Shown here piece after piece: positions 58,001-64,000 of a DNA stretch of 64,000 nucleotides. Every line of letters begins with the position of its first letter. The stretch's first letter is position 1. Under the pieces are notes generated by a model. That model was not told the origin of the DNA. It saw only the letters and a list, made by a program, of their open reading frames with translations, and did no database searches. Position numbers and translations under genes: made by a program. The stretch is from Octopus vulgaris (lineage: Eukaryota), in assembly GCA_951406725.2 (NCBI GenBank), contig OX597816.1, positions 174,530,001-174,594,000 on the forward strand, read 5' to 3'.

Positions 58001-60052
58001 CTTTTCTTCTACTCGAATTTAGGTAATGGTGCTCGCTACAAGTCTGGGGATGCTGGTTGTAATGTAAGGAATGCATCTCGATTTAATGTCAGTTCATATA
58101 AACGTTCAGGTAAAGATTTTTCATACTATTTTAAATTTTGAAAGACTGTTAAATGTTTATTGCTTTGATAAATATTGTGTACTCTAATCATATTAGTTTT
58201 TAATTGTGGAATCTTAATGTATTTCTCTGGTTTCACAATGACCCAGTTGGTCTACTACCACTATTTTACTAATGAAAATGTATGTAATTGTTGGAGCATT
58301 GGCATATTGAGTATAAGTTGTAATTTAGGTTATTCAAGATGCAGACTATATTTGCAGCCAACTGAACAATACTGTTTTGTTATCACTGCAGACTGAATAA
58401 AAGTTGTTCTAAAAGAGCTAAAATGCATTTAAAACCAACCAAAACTTTCTGCTATCAATTAGGATATCTAAACTTTGTTTCATTTCATAGATCCATTTGA
58501 CAAAGTGCCTGACCATATGACATTAGGAGGTAAGAGATGCTTGTATTTTCATTATTTTATCAAATACATAAATTTATTAGAAGTTGTATTGCATATATTT
58601 TGTTATAAATATTTGTATTGCTTAAACTTAAATTTTACTCACCTGTTTCATGTGGGCAGCCATATTAAATTGAGCAATCTGGCTTGGTCTTGAGTCACTT
58701 GGAACTTCAATGTGTATGAAAAGTTCCCTATCCTTGTAATCACATGATTGAATGTATTTTTGCAATTAACTGAGCAAAAATCATGCTGGAATGTTCTAGC
58801 TATAACAAAGGTGTTGTAGATTTGTTTGAGCAGTTACCCCTGAATGATTCTGCTAATTGGTATGTGACTGGGTATCTGGAGAGGTAACTTGCCTCGTCCT
58901 TGTGTTAATACAAAAGTTTGAAGGATGTCTGTTGGAATGGTATACTGCACAATATTTTACTTTTCAACTATTTTGTAAGGTTGGCACTGTTATTGATACA
59001 TATGAATTCACAGATTTTCATAAGTTCAAAACTTTTCTAGGTAAGAATTAACTTTGTTAGGATTGACTAAATAAATACCTGATGGACAAAACCGACTTTG
59101 TCAGGCCTCCTCCTCTTAGAAATTATTTCCCTCAGTTTGATGCTCTGAGTTTAAGAACTTATGGTTCAGGAACGTATATAGAATAACTAATAAAATGATG
59201 ATTATTGGGCTTGATTATAAGATTTAATTAATTAGCAGTTCAATAAGTATGTAATATAATTGTATGCTTTTGAATATTTTTCTCAAGATGCTCAAGGTGG
59301 TGAAGCTCCATACATCCCCCCTCCACCACCAGAAGACGAGAGTGCAATCTTTCAGTCCATTCCAACGGGTATCAATTTTTCTAAGTATGATGATATTCCA
59401 GTCGAGATTTCTGGGCGAGCTGCTCCAAGCGGTTTGGTTGATTTTGAAGACGCGCAATTCCAGCAAAAGATAATGGAAAACATCTATCGTGCCAAATTTG
59501 AAAAACCAACTCCAATCCAGAAAAATGCCATTCCAATTATACAAGCTGGTCGTGATCTAATGGCCTGTGCCCAGACTGGCTCTGGTAAAACAGTAAGTAG
59601 TTCATTACATTTTCTTTTTATAGGATTCATTATCTCTAGTTGAAGGAATAACACTAGAATCAAGCTATTTGCATCACTTCCCAAAGATTTTAATTGAGGT
59701 TATCTCCTTCGTTTGTTAACACTTCTGATCGCTAATTGCATGGAGAAAGTAAAAAATTAGGGTTAATACTTGCGTATTAAAAGAAAAAGAATCTTGTATT
59801 TTAGTGTATATGTATGTGTGTATATATATATGTATGTGTGTGTCTATATATAGATAGATAGATACATAGAGAGGGATAGAGAAGGTGAAAGAGAATATGA
59901 GCTGTGTTTTAAAAATGTTTTTTTTTCTTTTGGGTCCTTTTGTATTTTTTAGATGACCTTTGTAAGAAATGGAGAGAAGGAAAAAGGGTTTGTTTTCAAT
60001 AGTAGGAGTGTTGCTATGTATACACACATATATCCTTACATACAAATATATG

Positions 60053-60098
<46 letters not shown>

Positions 60099-60695
60099 AC
60101 TTATTGTGTGTGTTTTCATAAGCATTCATACATATACTGTGTGTCCTTGAAAATGAGAAAAGGAAAAAATAAAATATAAAAATGTGTGTGTATATGTATG
60201 TATATATATGGATATGTTTATGTATGTATATCAAACATTGAATGGGAAACCACCTGTTCTTTTAGAAACCCAAGGGAGTGCCAAGTAAAAAAATGTACAT
60301 ATTTTCTTTATTTTTATATTTTATTTTTTCTTTCTTTCACATAAGTGCAAAAAAACAAATAGCTAGTAACTCAATTTTTCTATTTGTTTTATTTTTTCTT
60401 GTAATTCCAGGCTGCCTTCCTATTGCCAGTATTAACATTGTTGTTACAAAGAGGTGTGAAAAGATGTGAACAAAATCTTCCACAATACCCTGAAATTTTG
60501 ATTGTTGCCCCTACTCGTGAACTTGCTGTACAGATATTCATGGACACTCGCAAATTTGCCTATGGGACAAGCATACGATCTGCTGTTGTCTATGGTGGTA
60601 CATCAGTTTCAAGCCAGATAAGAAATATTTCTTGTGGAGTTCATGTGTTAGTTGGAACTCCAGGTCGTCTACTTGATTTTATTCAGAAAAATACA
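47938..60695 (+). CDS. DDX4: Vasa/DDX4-type DEAD-box RNA helicase, 5' part (continues beyond the window)
   Basis: Exons 47938-47945, 51311-51687, 55827-55857, 55942-55982, 58023-58109, 58491-58529, 59288-59592 and 60411-60695 splice in frame. Vasa-type YIPPPPPEDESAIF..GINFSKYDDIPVE; Q motif KPTPIQ; motif I AQTGSGKT; Ia PTRELA; RKF; GG doublet; Ib TPGRLLD. Confidence 0.9.
48313..48828. repeat. Compound (TA)/(TG) microsatellite, ~515 bp, in vasa intron 1
   Basis: Almost uninterrupted alternating pyrimidine-purine tract. Confidence 0.95.
49974..50222 (+). mobile_element. 5'-truncated SINE family A
   Basis: 3' half of SINE A, starting from the TA tract. Confidence 0.88.
51311..51687 (+). CDS. 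DDX4: vasa exon 2 (disordered N-terminus)
   Basis: aatag| GRGRGLAF...DDECWDDD...EEDWNSDAEQEN |gtaagt; acidic-Trp motifs typical of Vasa N-termini. Confidence 0.8.
53161..53596. mobile_element. Two adjacent piggyBac-type MITEs (53161-53376 and ~53385-53596)
   Basis: First has TTAA|CCCTTT...AAAGGG|TTAA ends; second ends in the reverse complement of the 57037 terminus. Confidence 0.75.
54801..55244 (-). mobile_element. SINE family A
   Basis: Full-length copy on the minus strand. Confidence 0.9.
55827..55857 (+). CDS. DDX4: vasa micro-exon (31 nt)
   Basis: Strong pyrimidine tract ending ctctag|, then YHSRKESKF and |gtacag; phase 1 to 2. Confidence 0.6.
55942..55982 (+). CDS. DDX4: vasa micro-exon (41 nt)
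   Basis: ttctag| SRRDQGDSNQSRP |gtcagt; phase 2 to 1, restoring frame with the preceding micro-exon (72 nt together). Confidence 0.6.
56064..57723 (+). mobile_element. Composite of piggyBac remnants
   Basis: TTAA|CCCTTT starts at 56064 and 57037; two acidic transposase N-termini (SSSESEFEGF, SSDSDFEGF...FTENTGP...PLDY); inverted terminus at 57605-57723 followed by TTAA. Confidence 0.82.
58023..58109 (+). CDS. DDX4: vasa exon (87 nt)
   Basis: tttag| NGARYKSGDAGCNVRNASRFNVSSYKRS |gtaaag; phase 1-1. Confidence 0.7.
58491..58529 (+). CDS. DDX4: vasa micro-exon (39 nt)
   Basis: ttcatag| PFDKVPDHMTLG |gtaaga; phase 1-1. Confidence 0.7.
59288..59592 (+). CDS. DDX4: vasa exon with Q motif and motif I
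   Basis: YIPPPPPEDESAIFQSIPTGINFSKYDDIPVEISG...KPTPIQKNAIP...RDLMACAQTGSGKT |gtaagt. An in-frame alternative acceptor 9 nt downstream is possible. Confidence 0.95.
60411..60695 (+). CDS. DDX4: vasa exon with motifs Ia, GG and Ib
   Basis: ttccag| AAFLLPVL...APTRELAVQIFMDTRKFAYGT...YGGT...GTPGRLLDFI |gtaaga. Confidence 0.95.
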
Positions 60696-61239
60696 GTAAG
60701 AAACTAGATAAATTAAATTTCCTTTTGTGTATTTGTAAATCACACTTTGCATTAACATACTCTTAACTCACCTGGCTATGCCCACCTTCGTTTACATTGC
60801 AACAATGTCAGTATAACAGTTGTATTATGGTAGAAAGGTTATTCATCTATAGGTTCTTCAAAGCAGATAGATTATTTCATATGCTTAAGAGATTTGAGAG
60901 CACATTCATGTGCTCCAATGCCTCAATTTAGTGAACTATAATGGTGGTGTAGATTTTTTTAAGACAGGGAATGAAACAATTCTTGTGTGGTGGTGATGAC
61001 ATTGAAGCTACTGATGGTCAAGAAATTTTATCAAGCATGTAAGGTTTCAATTTATGGTTCCCTCTGTGAATGCATGAGTTAATAGTAATTCAGTGGGATC
61101 ATTGTTTTAAAATCAATTATTTTATGACTCCCTAAATCCTAAATATCTCAAAAATACTCCAACATGTTGTAGATGTGTTACTTGGATTACTTCCTAGAAA
61201 AATGAAAGCATGCTGTTATTTTAAAGCAGCAGTATTTAA

Positions 61240-63305
61240 CCAAAGAAGACCCTTGTGTGTTTCAATTAAATTTTAATATAATCATAAATCTGGACTGGTT
61301 TCATAAGTTTTAGTTTTTTTATTTTAACATATTGCGTAATTTTTGTCTCAAAGTGTCTCAGGTAAAAACAAAGTAAATATAAAATTATTTCAGTTTGGGT
61401 ATACAACAAAATTTTAAAATCAGAATTGTGCACATTACTAGATTATCAGTTGAAATTAAATGCATATCAGATAGGTGTAGCAATAAGTGTAAAAATAGGG
61501 AATACTGGAATTTATCTTTGAAGAAAACAAGAAATTGAAATACACATACAAATAAGTAAATGAAATACATTCATACATATACCTAAATGTACAGAAACAT
61601 AATTATTTACTATGCAAATTGATCAAAATTTGTCACTTTATAGGCAAGTTAAAATTACAGGTAAATGAAAAATAGAGGTAAAATCCTCTATAAACAAACA
61701 TCATGGTAACCTGTAAAACACCCCACTTCACATAATGCAATTTTGCAGAGTATACATTGGAAACTTGTTTCAATGGCCTGTCTACTGAGAGCTGTTCTTT
61801 TTTGATGATGGTATTCATGGCACTACCTTTTGTGACCCTCAATTTATGGTGATTTGCTGAAATCATTGGGATGTCTTTCTAGCAGGTTTTCGTTTTTCTC
61901 CTAACAGTTTTTTTTTTTAAGAAAAACCAGCTCTCAACTGCATTGCTACATCTGATTGGAACAGCAGACAGTCACATCACCTTCGAGCCCCTCCCTCATT
62001 TGTTAATATAGTATAAATGCGTTAACTATTATCAGGTTCACTATATACCAATTGATTTGTCTCTTGTTTCTGTATGCAAATTTCCTTTCTGCTGTTGGAT
62101 TATTTTTTTTTGACATCCCTTTCCTACTTGTAACACATGTTGCCACAGCTTCTAAATTTACTGCAGGTTTGACCAAAATGCAAAAAAAAAAATGTAGCCC
62201 TGGTTATGGTATGGGAGTTTTTAATTCCAGACCATATTGTACCTTAACCTGTGCTGGCTTACATTGCCTTTCTTCCTTGTATAAAACCGAATCCACCTTG
62301 ATCACCTATTTTGGTTGGTTTTCCAGGCATGTACTGTCAGATGTATTCTGCTTTTGTATCGCCCCATACCCTCATCGATAGACAGGTATCTCCCTGGGTT
62401 ATAGAATGTTTTATAAGTGTTTTGAATGCAGTTGATGAGGAGCCTTATTTTAGATGAGATGAAATTTTGGTTCTCTACATACTGGTGCACAGCTATTTAA
62501 ATACTGCAATTTTTTTAATCTTGTCCTTGCCATGATACCAAAAGGGTTTGGTCACTTCTCCAGTAGTTGGTTATTCAGGTTAGCTTCCTTATTCCCATTA
62601 TCATAGCAAAAAAAAAGCTCAGATTTCATTTAAGCATGTAGGAGGCCACAAATGGTTTCTTTTGTTGCATTATTTACATTCTGCATATTGATTAGTTTCC
62701 ACAGTAATTGCATGAAACCAACTAGGAGGAAAAAAATTTTTTAAATAGTTTAATGGTTTTGCCTCTTGGGAAAGACTGTGATTAGGTCCAGTCTCTTCAG
62801 AAAAATTTGTAAGAGAAAGTTTTTAGACATTTGTTGCACTTACTTACAAATTCATTTCCTTTGTTGCTGTGTGAATTTTTGTCTGAATCACGTTCACTTT
62901 CAGAAATGGAAATATCTGATTCCTTTTCACAAGCCATGTGGTTTTTGTGTTTGCTGAATATTTTGTTTGACTTTTCCATTTCTTCGGTTGAAAACTTTCA
63001 AATTCCAGTTCACTTCTTGACAACATAAATCTGTTACCCATTTGTCAGTATTTTAATATTTTCAAAGCAACACCAAAAAAATGTGAGGAAAAAAATCTCC
63101 AAAAATTCAGCGGTCAGATATCACACCAAATAATGTTGGATACTGTAACTCAATTGTGTATGTAGTGAAATCAGGTTTGCATGAATGTACTAACAGAATT
63201 TGCACTGAAATCCTCATTTAAATATGAATAGATTATTATGGCTGGATTTGGGTGGCTTGGTATCATTTGCCATTTTAATTCTCGGGTGGGTTGATATCGA
63301 AAGGG
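61240..63305 (-). mobile_element. Degenerate piggyBac transposon
   Basis: AAAGGG|TTAA at 63305; minus-strand KIRLLINCIQ..YNPGRYLSIDEGMGRYKSR; other end decayed and approximate. Confidence 0.82.
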
Positions 63306-63529
63306 TTAAATTTAATATGCACTACTACATTACACCATTAAGTTTAAAACTTACTCATTATCTTAAGCAATAATTATTGTTTGTATATTAAGGCTCAAAG
63401 CTATTTAAGAATCTTTCAAGAGAAATGTAATTTGTCTTTAAACTTGATACTCATGATGAATGTAAGGCCACTTCTGCTAACGATTTTGAAAATGTGCTTG
63501 TGAAGCTGTTAATCTTTAATAATGTACAT

Positions 63530-63740
63530 ATCATCATTATATATCTGTTTTCTATAATGGTATGGGTTAGATAGTTTGACCTGAGCTCATAAGCCTGAGA
63601 ACTGTACTAAGCTTGTGTTTTGGCGTGACTTCTCTAAGTGGATGCCCTTCCTAACACCAGCTACTTGACACAGTATACTGGGAGCATTTTGCATGTCACC
63701 AGCACGGGTGCTCCTTACACATCACTGACATGCTTTTCCT
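63530..63740 (-). mobile_element. Decayed RTE-related retroposon tail
   Basis: ggatgcccttcctaacacca motif shared with 43380-43400. Confidence 0.5.
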
Positions 63741-64000
63741 TTACATGTCACTAGCACTGAACACAATTTCACTTTGCTTGATGTCTTAAGGAATCTGTTA
63801 GTGCTGGTAGCATTATGAAATGCACCCACTGGAAGATCTACACAAAACCAAAGCCCTCTCCCCCCATTTACTTTTTTTTAATGCTGTGCATGTCCAATCC
63901 ATGTCTGTATGGAAAAATCGATATAAAATGTTTCATTGTATTCCATAAAAGAACTTCTGTAGATTTCTTTTTCTTAAAATTGTGTTCATTTTCTATCTTT

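Overview
AT-rich, intron-containing animal DNA, most likely an octopus or other coleoid cephalopod; this is inferred from the SINE families and is not proven. Two protein-coding genes lie on the + strand. (1) A complete cyclin F / FBXO1 (CCNF) gene with 15 coding exons, 15943-36487. My hand splice gives 2343 nt, or 780 aa plus stop, with an F-box, an MRYILVDWL cyclin box and the SGYEGD motif. (2) The 5' part of a vasa/DDX4-type DEAD-box helicase, from the ATG at 47938 to motif Ib at 60695, continuing past the window. The rest is mostly mobile DNA: several SINE families, non-autonomous Helitrons, piggyBac remnants and MITEs, Tc1/mariner MITEs, R4/Dong, L1/Tx1 and RTE LINE fragments, microsatellites, and a near-perfect 2.4-kb tandem duplication. 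I cannot demonstrate a new biological system. The best leads are: a duplicated cyclin F exon with an intact acceptor whose only exonic change is GAG>TAG; a vasa N-terminus built from micro-exons, lacking zinc knuckles and carrying a candidate poison exon; a Helitron 18 nt from a splice acceptor; inverted SINE pairs bracketing exons; and templated-insertion scars. All coordinates were counted by hand and may be off by a few bases.
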